Origin: Sedimentisphaeraceae bacterium JB056 | GTDB lineage: Bacteria; Planctomycetota; Phycisphaerae; Sedimentisphaerales; Sedimentisphaeraceae | Direction: 5' to 3' | DNA: 64,000 bases | Assembly: GCA_044440125.1 (NCBI GenBank) | Contig: JBITAJ010000006.1 | Location: 1 to 64,000 of the forward strand | In this document: piece after piece, positions 27,966 to 38,493 of the stretch | How positions within the stretch are numbered: the first letter of the stretch is position 1 | How the letters are laid out: every line of letters starts with the position of its first letter | Position numbers and translations under genes: made by a program | Notes under the pieces: model-generated | The model's database searches: none | Told to the model about the DNA's origin: nothing | Seen by the model: only the letters and a program-made list of their open reading frames with translations

Positions 27966-28147
27966 AACACAATCTCCAAATAAACCTTTTTAAGCATAAT
28001 ACCTTATGTAATACTATCATAATATAGTTAAATGTCAATTAATTCATGTCAAGATTTTATTTGAATTTTAGGGCCAAATTTCAGGCCGCAGGTTTGTTTT
28101 TTTTTAGATTTAAAGTTTTGTTAACGTCATATATATGGTATTCCCTC

Positions 28148-28169
28148 TGCGGCATTGCGTCCTTGCGTT
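28148..28169 (+). repeat. Octamer-based repeat, direct copy of 26094-26115
   Basis: TGCGGCATTGCGTCCTTGCGTT. Confidence 0.65.
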
Positions 28170-28209
28170 AAAATTTTAGCGATTGGGTTCTATTTCAAGG
28201 CGGTTTTAC

Positions 28210-28318
28210 GTCTCGTAGAGGCAGAATAATATAGGCATGGGCATCGCCCATGTGTGAAATAGAAATCAAGCCACTCCTCACGGCGTTGCCGTGGGCTATT
28301 ATATACAGCCCTACGGGC
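28210..28318. repeat. REP/REPIN-like inverted doublet
   Basis: Left unit GTCTCGTAGAGGC...ATAG-GCATGGGCATCGCCCATGT; right unit CACGGCGTTGCCGTGGG-CTATTATA...GCCCTACGGGC in opposite orientation. Each unit has internal hairpins. Confidence 0.55.
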
Positions 28319-28477
28319 AACTAATGCACATACTCCTAAGTAATTGTATTATTTTATTTGACGGCAAAAGCGGATGCTGGTATTATTAGAACACATATAT
28401 TACGGTGTAGGGTAGTATGTTTAAGATATAATATAGTCATTCTAAATATTTTTAAGTAAAAAATGGAGAAAATATAG

Positions 28478-28843
28478 ATGAAGTATAAGTTGGTTGCTGT
28501 ACAAAAAGGTGATGAATTTGTTAAGGCAGAAATTACAGTTGATGAGAAGTCTATTAGCCAAAGAGCTGCTGTATTGATGGAACTATGGGAAAAGAACATT
28601 AATAATAGCTCTATTGAAATATTGGCATATAATGATGCTGTCAATTTGTTTGATAAAGATCATGAACCTTTTTCTGCTAAGATGGCATTTTATGTTGTAG
28701 TTATTTCAGGAGAAAAACCTGAACAGTGGTGGGGATGTGATACGAAACAGCAAGCTAAAGAAACCGCCATATCAATACTTGAAGGTAATGAATACGGTGG
28801 TCTTTTGTGGGATGATTATAATTTAGTAATTGAGGATTCATAG
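28478..28843 (+). CDS. Hypothetical protein
   Basis: 121-aa ORF with GGAG upstream in an AT-rich tract; no motif recognised. Confidence 0.6.
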   Translation: MKYKLVAVQKGDEFVKAEITVDEKSISQRAAVLMELWEKNINNSSIEILAYNDAVNLFDKDHEPFSAKMAFYVVVISGEKPEQWWGCDTKQQAKETAISILEGNEYGGLLWDDYNLVIEDS

Positions 28844-29064
28844 TCCACGATTGTTTTATGATTTTATTCGACTTGATATATAGAGAAGAAGTATTCTAAA
28901 AGGAATTAGGGCTATAAGGAACGAAATAAATTATAGAAAAATGGGGATATGGGAAATTTTTGATTTACGCATAATAACAGTACCTTTCTAAAAATAGTAG
29001 TATAACACATTTCTCTACTTTTCAATGGTACTATTTTAAGGGATACTTACCTCCTGAATTAAAA

Positions 29065-29553
29065 ATGCAAAGATTTGGATACTGGAAAAAGTTACCGATG
29101 GGGAAAAGAGGTGTGGATAAGAATAATAATCCAATTTTAGGAAGAACATGGGTTACTAATACCTTGACTTGGATTGAAAGTGATGGAGATACCTTAGATA
29201 TTATTGCAGGTGAGAGTCGGAGTCATTGTGATTTTTCAGGTATTCCAAACAGTGGCTTCATATATGTAATGAGGTCTGCGTCTGATAAGAAAGATATCTA
29301 TAAGATTGGGTTGACACGACGAACTACTGAGCAAAGAGCTTTGGAAATTAGTAGAAGTTCTGGAGTACCAACAGAGTATTTAGTAGTTGAAGATTGGTCA
29401 GTGGTGGATTGTGTTTTAGCTGAAGGGCAAATTCATCAAGAATTGGCAGAATACCGGATTAATAATCGTAGGGAGTTTTTTAGGGCTCCTTATAAAGTAA
29501 TACGAAAATGTGTAGAAAAAGTAGTTGATGAAATTAATGCTAGTATTACGTGA
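29065..29553 (+). CDS. GIY-YIG (T5orf172-like) domain protein, possibly 5'-truncated
   Basis: GFIYVM...YKIGLT...QRALEIS..SGVP....AE..IH..L..YRINNRREFF. The frame is open for 29 codons upstream (from 28978) with no start codon. Confidence 0.75.
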   Translation: MQRFGYWKKLPMGKRGVDKNNNPILGRTWVTNTLTWIESDGDTLDIIAGESRSHCDFSGIPNSGFIYVMRSASDKKDIYKIGLTRRTTEQRALEISRSSGVPTEYLVVEDWSVVDCVLAEGQIHQELAEYRINNRREFFRAPYKVIRKCVEKVVDEINASIT

Positions 29554-29647
29554 GTTTAAGGAAGGTATGGTAAGTTGTAATATTAATCTTTATTGATTGT
29601 ATATATTTTAAGGTATTATGAAACATAAAGACATAATAATCAGTTTT

Positions 29648-30070
29648 CTATTTGGGGTGCTGTCGGCTTTTGTTTTGATTTCTGGTTAATTTTATAAGTT
29701 TAGCATTATGGAAACGGCAGATATGTTTTTTAAGTGATTCATAGTGTCTAATGTCTTTCTGGTTTAAGAAATAAGGGAATATTTCGTTTTCAAATTCCAG
29801 CTTTCGTACATTAAAACCTAAATCAGTAGCATCAAGATAACTACGGCATATATCTTTTTGCTCAACTTTACCTGTTACAGAATAATATACATAATTCTTA
29901 TTCTGAAAGTTAATTTCAGCTTTAAGCTCACCAACTCTTTGAGCCATAACAAATGAGGTTGATCTCATAAAGAAATTATCTCTTCTTTCCATTTGCAGTG
30001 CAACAAAAAAGTAAACGCACAAAACAGTTGTTGTCAGAAAGAGAATATTTCTTGTTTTTTTCAATTTCAT
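29648..30070 (-). CDS. Hypothetical membrane-anchored protein
   Basis: Basic N-terminus plus hydrophobic ILFLTTTVLCVYFFVAL. Confidence 0.5.
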   Translation of the reverse strand: MKLKKTRNILFLTTTVLCVYFFVALQMERRDNFFMRSTSFVMAQRVGELKAEINFQNKNYVYYSVTGKVEQKDICRSYLDATDLGFNVRKLEFENEIFPYFLNQKDIRHYESLKKHICRFHNAKLIKLTRNQNKSRQHPK

Positions 30071-30150
30071 AATTATCGCTCCAATATCTTAAACAGTGTG
30101 AATTACCAGCCAGATATTTTAAGCCTAATCCAAAGATTAAATAGGCACAT

Positions 30151-31467
30151 TTACTCATATGTCTTTGCAATTTTATAATTCTGTGCATATTTAACTGCAT
30201 TTGGTTCTTTGTCGGGCTGCCAGTTATTGTCTATGTATAGCCCGTACCAGTGTTTGGCCTTTTCTGTATTTTTCATATAGTGCCAGCAACCGCCTGCCCT
30301 GTATGCCAGCCAGTATCTATATTCATTACATACTGAATTCTCCCATGAGCATTTGTAATGAGTAAGTGCCTCCGGGAATTCTTTCTTTTCATAGTATATA
30401 TCAGCTATCATCTCGTGGGCTTTGGCGTATTCTGTACAGTTCTGCTCTTTCAGGATTTGAGACAAGATGGCTTTTGTATTTTCGTAATCCGTCTCTTTGT
30501 AGCTGCAGCGGGCAAGTTCCAGCATTGCCGGATAGTAATCTCCTTTGATTTGCAATGCTTTCTGGAAACAGGCCTTTTTCTCTTCAGTATTTTTCAAGGA
30601 GCGGCCTTTGTAGTAATATGCTGCCGGATAGCAGTTGATTTTTATAAATGCAAGAAGCTCGGTGTTGATTTGCGAAGCCGGTTTGCTGACAGTTTTTTCC
30701 AATGTGTCAAGGCTGTAACCTGATGTTTTGACGTTTCTCATGTAATCACAAAGGTATCCGTTTTTGTACATCCAGAAAAAGAGTGCACGGGTAGGATGAT
30801 AATTATAGTTGTTTCTATAAAATTGTCTTGTGCTTAATGATGTTATGTATTTTACGTCTATCCTGAATTTGCTTTCTATCATCTGTGCCAGAATATGCTC
30901 TCTCCATGGATTGGGGCAGCCGAGAGTGAGTTGATTGTTTACATACCTGACCTGTTCACCTAAAAATGTTGCCAATCCTTCATTAAACCATGCTGGAGCA
31001 TTATCGTAATTCAGTTCGACAAAATAATGAATGATTTCATGATAAATTGTCCCTAAGCCGCTATAGCCGCCAGAATCCATCTCACGATGTGTGAATATAG
31101 CTTTAAGTCCTGATATATATACGCCGTAACCGATATCCTGCCCGCATCCTATCCCGGCAAGGAGTTTACGAGTTTCTGACTGACTCTTTGTGTAGTAAAT
31201 GTCTAAGGGCTTATCCCATCCTTTGGCAAAATAGCTATTTTGCATTTTTTCGTAAAATGGTTCAAGGTTTGATTGTAAAAACTTTACATATCTGACGTCC
31301 ATATTACTGTGAATTACGAAATGGCTGCTTGTGTAGGCAGGCATAGCATGGGAAGTTTGGCTATTTCTTGTTTTGTATGTTGTTGCGATTACAGCAAAAG
31401 TAAAGATTGCAGTTAGAACTCCGATTATAACTGCACATACGATAATGATATTTTTAAGCTTGAACAT
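30151..31467 (-). CDS. Putative zinc metallopeptidase (gluzincin/MA-like) with C-terminal TPR-like repeats
   Basis: N-terminal TM/signal; HEIIH...APAWFNEGLATF; TPR-like helical repeats (AHEMIADIYYEKKEFPEALTHY). Confidence 0.7.
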   Translation of the reverse strand: MFKLKNIIIVCAVIIGVLTAIFTFAVIATTYKTRNSQTSHAMPAYTSSHFVIHSNMDVRYVKFLQSNLEPFYEKMQNSYFAKGWDKPLDIYYTKSQSETRKLLAGIGCGQDIGYGVYISGLKAIFTHREMDSGGYSGLGTIYHEIIHYFVELNYDNAPAWFNEGLATFLGEQVRYVNNQLTLGCPNPWREHILAQMIESKFRIDVKYITSLSTRQFYRNNYNYHPTRALFFWMYKNGYLCDYMRNVKTSGYSLDTLEKTVSKPASQINTELLAFIKINCYPAAYYYKGRSLKNTEEKKACFQKALQIKGDYYPAMLELARCSYKETDYENTKAILSQILKEQNCTEYAKAHEMIADIYYEKKEFPEALTHYKCSWENSVCNEYRYWLAYRAGGCWHYMKNTEKAKHWYGLYIDNNWQPDKEPNAVKYAQNYKIAKTYE

Positions 31468-31986
31468 AATTCCTAACTTTCTTAAATCCTGTACGGTTTT
31501 ATCCCTGACAGCATAAAATACTCATTGGACGAATCTAATCAATAGAAATTTATTGAAAATGGATTTAAGCGGTCTGATAATTTTGAGATTAATTGAAATT
31601 GCAGAAACAGTTGGCATTTGCCGAAAACTCTTTTAATATTAATTAATTGATAGAAATATCTTTACGTGTTTTCTTGAAATAAACTGTTTGATTCGTAGGT
31701 CTTAATAAATACAAAATGGTTGAATGTTGTGTTTGGAATTACAAGTAATAAGTCTAAGTTGTTATTCTGGAAAAACTTACAATTGTAGCATATTTGTAGT
31801 TTTTTATAGCATTATTTGATATGCGGGTTTTGTAAGTGTTTGTCAATGTTGAAGCTACAACATAAAAAAAATAGTCTTTGAACTTGTCTTTAACAAAAAA
31901 ACGTGTTAGAATGGCGGAAGCTGTTTTTGGGCAGCCGTAGCGTTATAAAATTATATTTTATACATCATTGTTATTGGAGTAGAGTT

Positions 31987-34900
31987 ATGTTAGGGAAGAT
32001 TTGCAGTTTTTTTCTCATTTCTGTAGTGTTAAGTAGTGTTGCATTTGGCTATAGCGGCGGAAGCGGCACGCCTGTCGATCCATATCTTATTTCATCTGGT
32101 GCCGATATTCAGGAATTGTCTAATACGGTTTCGGACTGGGATAAAGATTTCAAGCAGACCGCAGATATCAATCTGACGGCGTATTCAGATCTTAAGATTG
32201 GTGATAACTATCTAAATCCTTTTACCGGAACATATGATGGCGACAGCTATATAATCTCTAATTACACTTATTCATACGATGATGATTATGCCGCGTTGTT
32301 CGGATATACGACTTCAGATTCGGTAATAAAAAATGTTAAGCTTGAAGATGTTTCAGTTACGGCTTCCACAAGCAATTATGTAGCGGCTCTTGTAGGCAAT
32401 AACTACGGAACCGTTAGCTTCTGCAGTGCTTCAGGTTCTGTTGTTGCCGATGATTACTCAGGCGGTCTTGTTGGTCGTAACTATGGAACTATTGAAGATT
32501 GTATCAGCGAAGTTTCTATTAATGGCGGAAGCAGAGTTGGCGGTCTGGTAGGCTACAGTACTTCCGATGGGGCAATCTTAAGAAGTTGTGCAAAAGGAAT
32601 TGTCAGTGCCAGCGATCGAGCCGGCGGTTTGGTGGGATCTAATGTCGGTTCTATAACAGATTGTTACTCTACTGCATCTGTTGAAGGTACAAGTAAGGTT
32701 GGCGGTTTGGCAGGTGAGACATCAGTCGGTACAGTAACCAATTGTTACAGTGCAGCTACAGTCACAGCTTTACTATATTACGGCGTTTTCTATGGCGACA
32801 AAGTCAGCGGTACCACTACAGGATGTTTTTATGATTCAACACTCAACTACAGTGGAAGCAGCCCATTGGTAAGTGTAGGTCGTGGTTCTACGGCAGGCAT
32901 GACGGCAAAGACTACTGTTGAGATGTATGACGAAACTCTTTACACTGATGCAGGTTGGGATTTTACTGATGTATGGTGGATTTCTCCAAGCAGCTATCCA
33001 ATGCTTGCGGCTGAGCAGAAGACGAAGGTTATCTCGCTTGGCGGTTCTCTGGGCTTTGGCGGTGTAGATGTAGGCAGCAGCTCTCAGCTCATACTCACTA
33101 TAAGCAATTCAGGTAACAGTGACCTTACTGTTACATCCATATCGTATCCGAGTGGTTTCAGTGGTTCATGGAGCGGAGTTGTTGCTCCGGGTGGTTCACA
33201 GAATGTGACAGTCACGTTTGCGCCGACACAGGCACAAAGCTATTCGGGAACAATAACTGTGAATTCCGATATGACCGATGGAACTAATACAGCCTCTTGT
33301 TCGGGTATTGGTATTGGCGGAATCATCAGCCTTGGCGGAAGTTTAAGTTTTGGTGATGTTATAGTAAACGCAAGTTCTCAGAAGGCATTTACAATATACA
33401 ATAACGGAACAGGTAATCTCGTTGTAAGTTCAATTGCTTATCCGAGTGGTTTCAGCGGTTCATGGAGCGGCACAATTGCGGCCGGCGGTTCACAGGTTGT
33501 AACCGCGACCTTCTCTCCGACTGCAGTTCAGAGCTACAGCGGTTCGCTGATTGTCAATTCAGATGCCGTTAGCGGTATTGCAACATTACCCTGCTCTGGT
33601 GTGGGTATTGCTCAAACAAGAATCATCGGCCTTAGCGGCAGTATGTCTTTCGGCAATGTTACTGTAGGTTCAAATTCCCAGAGTACATTGACAATCCAGA
33701 ATACAGGTAACTCATCCCTGACCGTAAGTTCTATTACGTATCCAGCCGGTTTCAGCGGTGCATGGAGTGGAACTATTGCGGCAGGAGCTTCTCAAAATGT
33801 AACAGTGACCTTTGCTCCTACGGAAGCAAAGAGTTACAGCGGCAATATTATTGTTAATACCAATGCAACTGCCGGGACAAATGTTACAGCAGCTTCAGGT
33901 ACAGGAAGCGGTTCAGTCATAAGACTCAGCAGTTCTGTCAACTTCGGCAGCGTTGTTGTCGGTGATTCTGTCCAAAGAACTCTTACGATCTACAATGATG
34001 GTAATGAGAGTCTTTCAGTTTACGGCATAACTTATCCCGATGCGGCTTACAGCGGTTCATGGAGCGGCTCTATTGGTGCAGGCAGTTCACGAAATGTTAC
34101 AGTTACGTTTACTCCGGCGTCAAACGGTGATTACAGCGGAACTATTACAGTAGCCTCTGATGCTAATATCGGTACTAATCAGACATCCGTTGTGGCCAGT
34201 GCTGATGCGGAAACTAAGATCGTTAATCTTTCAGGTAATATGAGCTTTGGTGATGTAGTCATCGGTAATAGCCCTCAAAGAACATTGACAATTCAGAATA
34301 CTGGTAACAGGCCGTTGCAGGTATATGGAATCAGCTACACCGATCCTGCTTTCAGCGGTGCATGGAGCGGTACTATTGCGGCGGGCAGTTCGCAAAATGT
34401 GACGGTTACATTTACTCCGTCAGCAGCAGCGAGTTATTCGGAAACAATCCTTGTAGCCTCTGATGCTACCAGTGGAACAGGAAACATATCCTGCACAGGT
34501 AACGGCATTGCACAGACAAGAATAATAAGCATCAGTGGTAGTTTCATATTCGATGACACGGTTGTAGGTGAAACTAACCAAACAACAATGACTATAAGTA
34601 ACAGTGGTAATACCGCTCTTGCTGTCAGCTCAATTAGTTATCCAGATGGTTTCAGCGGTTCATGGAGCGGCACAATTGCCGCCGGCGGTTCACAGGATGT
34701 GACAATCACTTTTGAGCCTGATGCCCAGGGTAACTTCGGCGGTGTTATGGCGGTCAACTCAGATTCTACGAGCGGAACAAATTCTACTGTTCTATGGGGC
34801 GTAGGTATTGAAAGAGTTATAAGACTTACCGGCGATATGGATTTAGGAGCTGTTGATGTTGGTGAGCAGGCAAATACTGTGCTTACTATACACAATGACG

Positions 34901-37900
34901 GCAATAGAGAGCTTAGCGTGACGGGTATACTTTATCCGGAAGGTTTCAGTGGAAGCTGGAGCGGTACCATCGCTGCCGGCGGCTCACAGAATGTGACAGT
35001 TACATTTGCCCCTGTTACAGAGCAGAATTATGACGGGACTATCATTGTTGGATCTGACAAGACATCTGGCAATAATATGATTGCGTGTTCCGGTATTGGT
35101 TCCGGCGGTGTTATAAGGCTGTTCGGACTGCTGGACTTTGGCGATATCGTTGCCGGTCAGTCAGATACGAAGACGCTCCTTATATCCAATGATGGAACCG
35201 GACCTATGGAAGTAACTTCAATCAGTTATCCAGATGGTTTCAGTGGAGACTGGAGCGGCACAATTGCTGCCGGTGGTTCACAGAGTGTTACAATCACATT
35301 TGCTCCTACCTCAGCGAAGGATTATTCAGGCAATGTTACAGTTAACTCTGATGCTACAAGTGGTACTGATTCTATAGCAATATCAGGTGTAGGTGTTGAG
35401 CGGGTAATCGCTCTCAGCGGTGAACTTGGTTTTGGCAACGTTGATATAAACACAACTTCTGACAAAACACTTACGATTACCAATAATGGTAACAGAGACC
35501 TGACGGTTTCTTCAATAAGTTATCCGGCGGGTTTCAGCGGTTCATGGAGTGGAACTATTGCTGCAGGCGGGTCTCAGAATGTAACCGTTACATTCAGTCC
35601 TGTTGCGACTGGCGATTACAGCGGCAACATCTCAGTGACATCAGATGCGACATCTGGAGATGGCAGTATTGCCGTTTCGGGCAAGGGTGTTACTCGTGTT
35701 ATAGCTCTTAGCGGTAACATGGACTTTGGTGATGTTTCTGTCGGAGAAAGTGCAGATCTTACACTTACGATTACCAATAACGGTAATATGGACCTTACTG
35801 TAAACGATATTACTTATCCTGATGATTTCAGCGGAAGCTGGAGCGGCACGATTTCAGCCGGTCAATCACAGGATGTAACAGTAAACTTTGCTCCAACAGA
35901 GGCGGCTGAATACAGCGATACTATCACAGTTAATTGTGATTCTACCAGCGGTGACAACAGTGTTGCCTGCGGTGGTGTCGGTATTGGCGGAATCGTAAGG
36001 CTTAGCGGAAATATAGATTTTGGAAGTATTGCTGTCAATAGCTCAGATACTGCGACATTGACTATTTATAATGATGGAACAGGCGATCTTGAAGTAAGCA
36101 GTATCTCTTATTCTGATAATGCAAAGAATAAAGCCGTTATCCCTACTGCTGATGGGGTATTTAGCGGAACATGGAGCGGTACTATAGCTGCAGGCGGTTC
36201 ACAGGATGTGATAGTTACATTCCTGCCGACTAACGAGCAAAACTACAGTGGAACTATCACAGTTAATTCTGATAAGGTCAGCGGAACCAATACTGTCAGT
36301 GTTAGCGGTGTTGGTGCAGGCGGCGTTGTAAGACTTGATGGCGATCTTGATTTCGGCGATGTCGTTATCAATCAGGATTCTGATAAACAGCTTACAATTT
36401 ACAATGATGGTACCAGCTCAATGACGGTTAGCGATATCAGTTATCCGGCTGGATTCAGCGGCGACTGGAGCGGCGGTTCTATAGCTGCGGGAGCTTCAAA
36501 GGCTGTTACTGTTACATTTGCACCAGCAGCTGCTCAAAGCTACGGCGGAAGCATAACGGTTACATCAGATGCGACAAGCGGTGATGGTGCAACAAGTTGT
36601 GCAGGTGAAGGTATCAACAGGGTTATCTCTCTTGTTCTTGCCGATCCTGATATGGGCGATGTTGATATCGATACAGCTGACCAGACAACATTGACTATAA
36701 CTAATAATGGTAACAGGTCTCTGGAAATCACATCAATCAGCTATCCTACTGGATTCAGTGGAAGCTGGAGCGGCGGTTCTATAGCTGCGGGAGCTTCAAA
36801 GGCTGTTACTGTGACATTTGCTCCAACGCAGGCGGCAAGTTACAGCGGTACAATAACCGTTGCCTCTGACAAGACAGAGGGAGAGAATACGATCTCTATT
36901 GCCGGCTTTGGCGTTAATCGCGTTATTGCAGTATCTGGAGATATGGACTTTGGATATGTTAAGAATGGAGAAAGCGACACGAGCACTCTGACTATTTACA
37001 ACTCTGGTAACAGGGCTCTTGGTATTGCGTCAATTACATATCCTGCAGGTTTCAGTGGAGACTGGAGCGGAGCAATCGCAGCGGGCGGTTCACAGGATGT
37101 TACAGTTACATTTGCTCCGACTGAAGGACAAAGCTATAGCGGTAACATTGTCGTGAATTCAGATTCTACAAGCGGAACATCAAGCGTGGAATGTTTCGGA
37201 TTTGCACTTCCTGGTGCAGGTACAGAGCTTGATCCTTTCGTATTGACTGAAGATTTCCATGTCGATGCAGTGAATGAAGATCTTGCTGCTCATTACAAAC
37301 TTGGCGGAAATATTAATCTTAGCGATTACGAATATACTGATGCCGTAATTGCTGAGGATACTGGTATCTATACAATCGATTTTGAGGGAACAGTATTTAC
37401 CGGTTCCTTTGACGGTGATGGTTATGTAATAAGCAATATTAATATTGATGCCGGCAGCGGAACTCTTTCAACTTACTACTTAGGCTTATTTGGAAAGCTT
37501 GGCTCCGGTGCTCAGGTTCTGAATCTCAATGTCAATGATGTTACTATTAAATCCGGTTATGATACAAGGTATGTCGGCGGTCTTTGCGGTTATAACGAGG
37601 GCGGAGATATCTTCAATTGCAGTACTGACGGTACGGTAATCGGTAAGGATGTGAATGTGAGCCTTGGCGGCCTTTGCGGATACAACTCTGGTACTATTTC
37701 AGTTTCAAGCTCCAGTGTTGATCTGACAAGCGGGCCAAGTTCGTTCGATACTGGCGGCCTTTGCGGTACTAACGATGGCAGCATCAGCGATTGTTACGCG
37801 ACCGGCATGGTATCCGGTGATAGTTACGTCGGTGGTTTCTATGGTTATAACAACACTAACGGTACTATTGACAGATGCTATTCGGTTGGGCCGGTATATG

Positions 37901-38334
37901 GCGTATCATTAGCGTTTGTTGGCGGCTTTGGCGGCTGGAGCACTGGTGATGTGTCAGATTGCTTCTTCGATCTTACTACATCCGGAGCTGGTGTTACAGA
38001 TAACGCACTTGGTGCAGCTACCTCTTATATGACAGATTCTGCCATGTTTACATCAGCAAGCTGGGATTTTGTAGGTGAAACAGCCAATGGCACAGACGAT
38101 ATCTGGGTTATTAAGTATGATGGAGACTATCCGGTATTAGCCTTTAATACTGCTGGAAATCCTGATTTCAACAACGATGGAACTGTAGATACTGCCGATC
38201 TTAATATGCTTCTTGCAGATTGGATGAATGAAGGAAGTGCTGTAGGTTGCGACATTAATGGTGATACTGTTGTCGATTTTGAAGACTTTGCAGTGTTGGC
38301 AGAAAATTGGCTTGCAACATCAAGTGTTGACTAA
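31987..38334 (+). CDS. Large secreted surface protein: GLUG-type domain, 14 Ig-like (choice-of-anchor D/ASH-like) repeats, second GLUG-type domain, dockerin-like C-terminus
   Basis: Signal MLGKICSFFLISVVLSSVAFG after GGAG; YSGGSGT..DPYLI and VGGLVG.N motifs; 14 repeats of about 100 aa containing YP.GFSGSWSG.IAAG.SQ.VTVTF.P; tail DFNNDGTVD..DL....DW...DINGD.VVDFEDFAVLAENWL. Confidence 0.88.
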   Translation: MLGKICSFFLISVVLSSVAFGYSGGSGTPVDPYLISSGADIQELSNTVSDWDKDFKQTADINLTAYSDLKIGDNYLNPFTGTYDGDSYIISNYTYSYDDDYAALFGYTTSDSVIKNVKLEDVSVTASTSNYVAALVGNNYGTVSFCSASGSVVADDYSGGLVGRNYGTIEDCISEVSINGGSRVGGLVGYSTSDGAILRSCAKGIVSASDRAGGLVGSNVGSITDCYSTASVEGTSKVGGLAGETSVGTVTNCYSAATVTALLYYGVFYGDKVSGTTTGCFYDSTLNYSGSSPLVSVGRGSTAGMTAKTTVEMYDETLYTDAGWDFTDVWWISPSSYPMLAAEQKTKVISLGGSLGFGGVDVGSSSQLILTISNSGNSDLTVTSISYPSGFSGSWSGVVAPGGSQNVTVTFAPTQAQSYSGTITVNSDMTDGTNTASCSGIGIGGIISLGGSLSFGDVIVNASSQKAFTIYNNGTGNLVVSSIAYPSGFSGSWSGTIAAGGSQVVTATFSPTAVQSYSGSLIVNSDAVSGIATLPCSGVGIAQTRIIGLSGSMSFGNVTVGSNSQSTLTIQNTGNSSLTVSSITYPAGFSGAWSGTIAAGASQNVTVTFAPTEAKSYSGNIIVNTNATAGTNVTAASGTGSGSVIRLSSSVNFGSVVVGDSVQRTLTIYNDGNESLSVYGITYPDAAYSGSWSGSIGAGSSRNVTVTFTPASNGDYSGTITVASDANIGTNQTSVVASADAETKIVNLSGNMSFGDVVIGNSPQRTLTIQNTGNRPLQVYGISYTDPAFSGAWSGTIAAGSSQNVTVTFTPSAAASYSETILVASDATSGTGNISCTGNGIAQTRIISISGSFIFDDTVVGETNQTTMTISNSGNTALAVSSISYPDGFSGSWSGTIAAGGSQDVTITFEPDAQGNFGGVMAVNSDSTSGTNSTVLWGVGIERVIRLTGDMDLGAVDVGEQANTVLTIHNDGNRELSVTGILYPEGFSGSWSGTIAAGGSQNVTVTFAPVTEQNYDGTIIVGSDKTSGNNMIACSGIGSGGVIRLFGLLDFGDIVAGQSDTKTLLISNDGTGPMEVTSISYPDGFSGDWSGTIAAGGSQSVTITFAPTSAKDYSGNVTVNSDATSGTDSIAISGVGVERVIALSGELGFGNVDINTTSDKTLTITNNGNRDLTVSSISYPAGFSGSWSGTIAAGGSQNVTVTFSPVATGDYSGNISVTSDATSGDGSIAVSGKGVTRVIALSGNMDFGDVSVGESADLTLTITNNGNMDLTVNDITYPDDFSGSWSGTISAGQSQDVTVNFAPTEAAEYSDTITVNCDSTSGDNSVACGGVGIGGIVRLSGNIDFGSIAVNSSDTATLTIYNDGTGDLEVSSISYSDNAKNKAVIPTADGVFSGTWSGTIAAGGSQDVIVTFLPTNEQNYSGTITVNSDKVSGTNTVSVSGVGAGGVVRLDGDLDFGDVVINQDSDKQLTIYNDGTSSMTVSDISYPAGFSGDWSGGSIAAGASKAVTVTFAPAAAQSYGGSITVTSDATSGDGATSCAGEGINRVISLVLADPDMGDVDIDTADQTTLTITNNGNRSLEITSISYPTGFSGSWSGGSIAAGASKAVTVTFAPTQAASYSGTITVASDKTEGENTISIAGFGVNRVIAVSGDMDFGYVKNGESDTSTLTIYNSGNRALGIASITYPAGFSGDWSGAIAAGGSQDVTVTFAPTEGQSYSGNIVVNSDSTSGTSSVECFGFALPGAGTELDPFVLTEDFHVDAVNEDLAAHYKLGGNINLSDYEYTDAVIAEDTGIYTIDFEGTVFTGSFDGDGYVISNINIDAGSGTLSTYYLGLFGKLGSGAQVLNLNVNDVTIKSGYDTRYVGGLCGYNEGGDIFNCSTDGTVIGKDVNVSLGGLCGYNSGTISVSSSSVDLTSGPSSFDTGGLCGTNDGSISDCYATGMVSGDSYVGGFYGYNNTNGTIDRCYSVGPVYGVSLAFVGGFGGWSTGDVSDCFFDLTTSGAGVTDNALGAATSYMTDSAMFTSASWDFVGETANGTDDIWVIKYDGDYPVLAFNTAGNPDFNNDGTVDTADLNMLLADWMNEGSAVGCDINGDTVVDFEDFAVLAENWLATSSVD
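33019..37212 (+). repeat. 14 tandem intragenic repeats of about 300 bp
   Basis: Counted from the translation. Repeat 11 carries an insertion (SDNAKNKAVIPTADGV region). Positions 36465-36512 and 36765-36812 are identical over 48 nt. Confidence 0.85.
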
Positions 38335-38371
38335 TTCAAATAAATTTGAATAATATAGATAATGTCTATGT

Positions 38372-38410
38372 GGGCGGGCTGTTTGTAAAGAATAGTCCGC
38401 CCTGTTATTT
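38372..38410 (+). terminator. Probable terminator after the surface-protein gene
   Basis: GGGCGGGCTGTTT...AATAGTCCGCCC-TGTTATTT. Confidence 0.6.
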
Positions 38411-38493
38411 GAGATAAATTAATAAAGGTATTCTTTGGTTTGTGGAGTGCCTGTTATTGTTTAATTTCCGTTTTCCGGAATTAAAGGACTGTA

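Noticed and set aside
25025..31500. Integron cassette array
   Set aside because: No integrase, no clear attC RYYYAAC/GTTRRRY core-site pairs, and gene orientations are mixed.
33019..37212. CRISPR array or DGR repeats suggested by recurring TTCAGCGGTTCATGGAGCGG
   Set aside because: The recurrences are about 300 nt apart, in frame, and encode the FSGSWSG motif of protein repeats; no cas genes are present.
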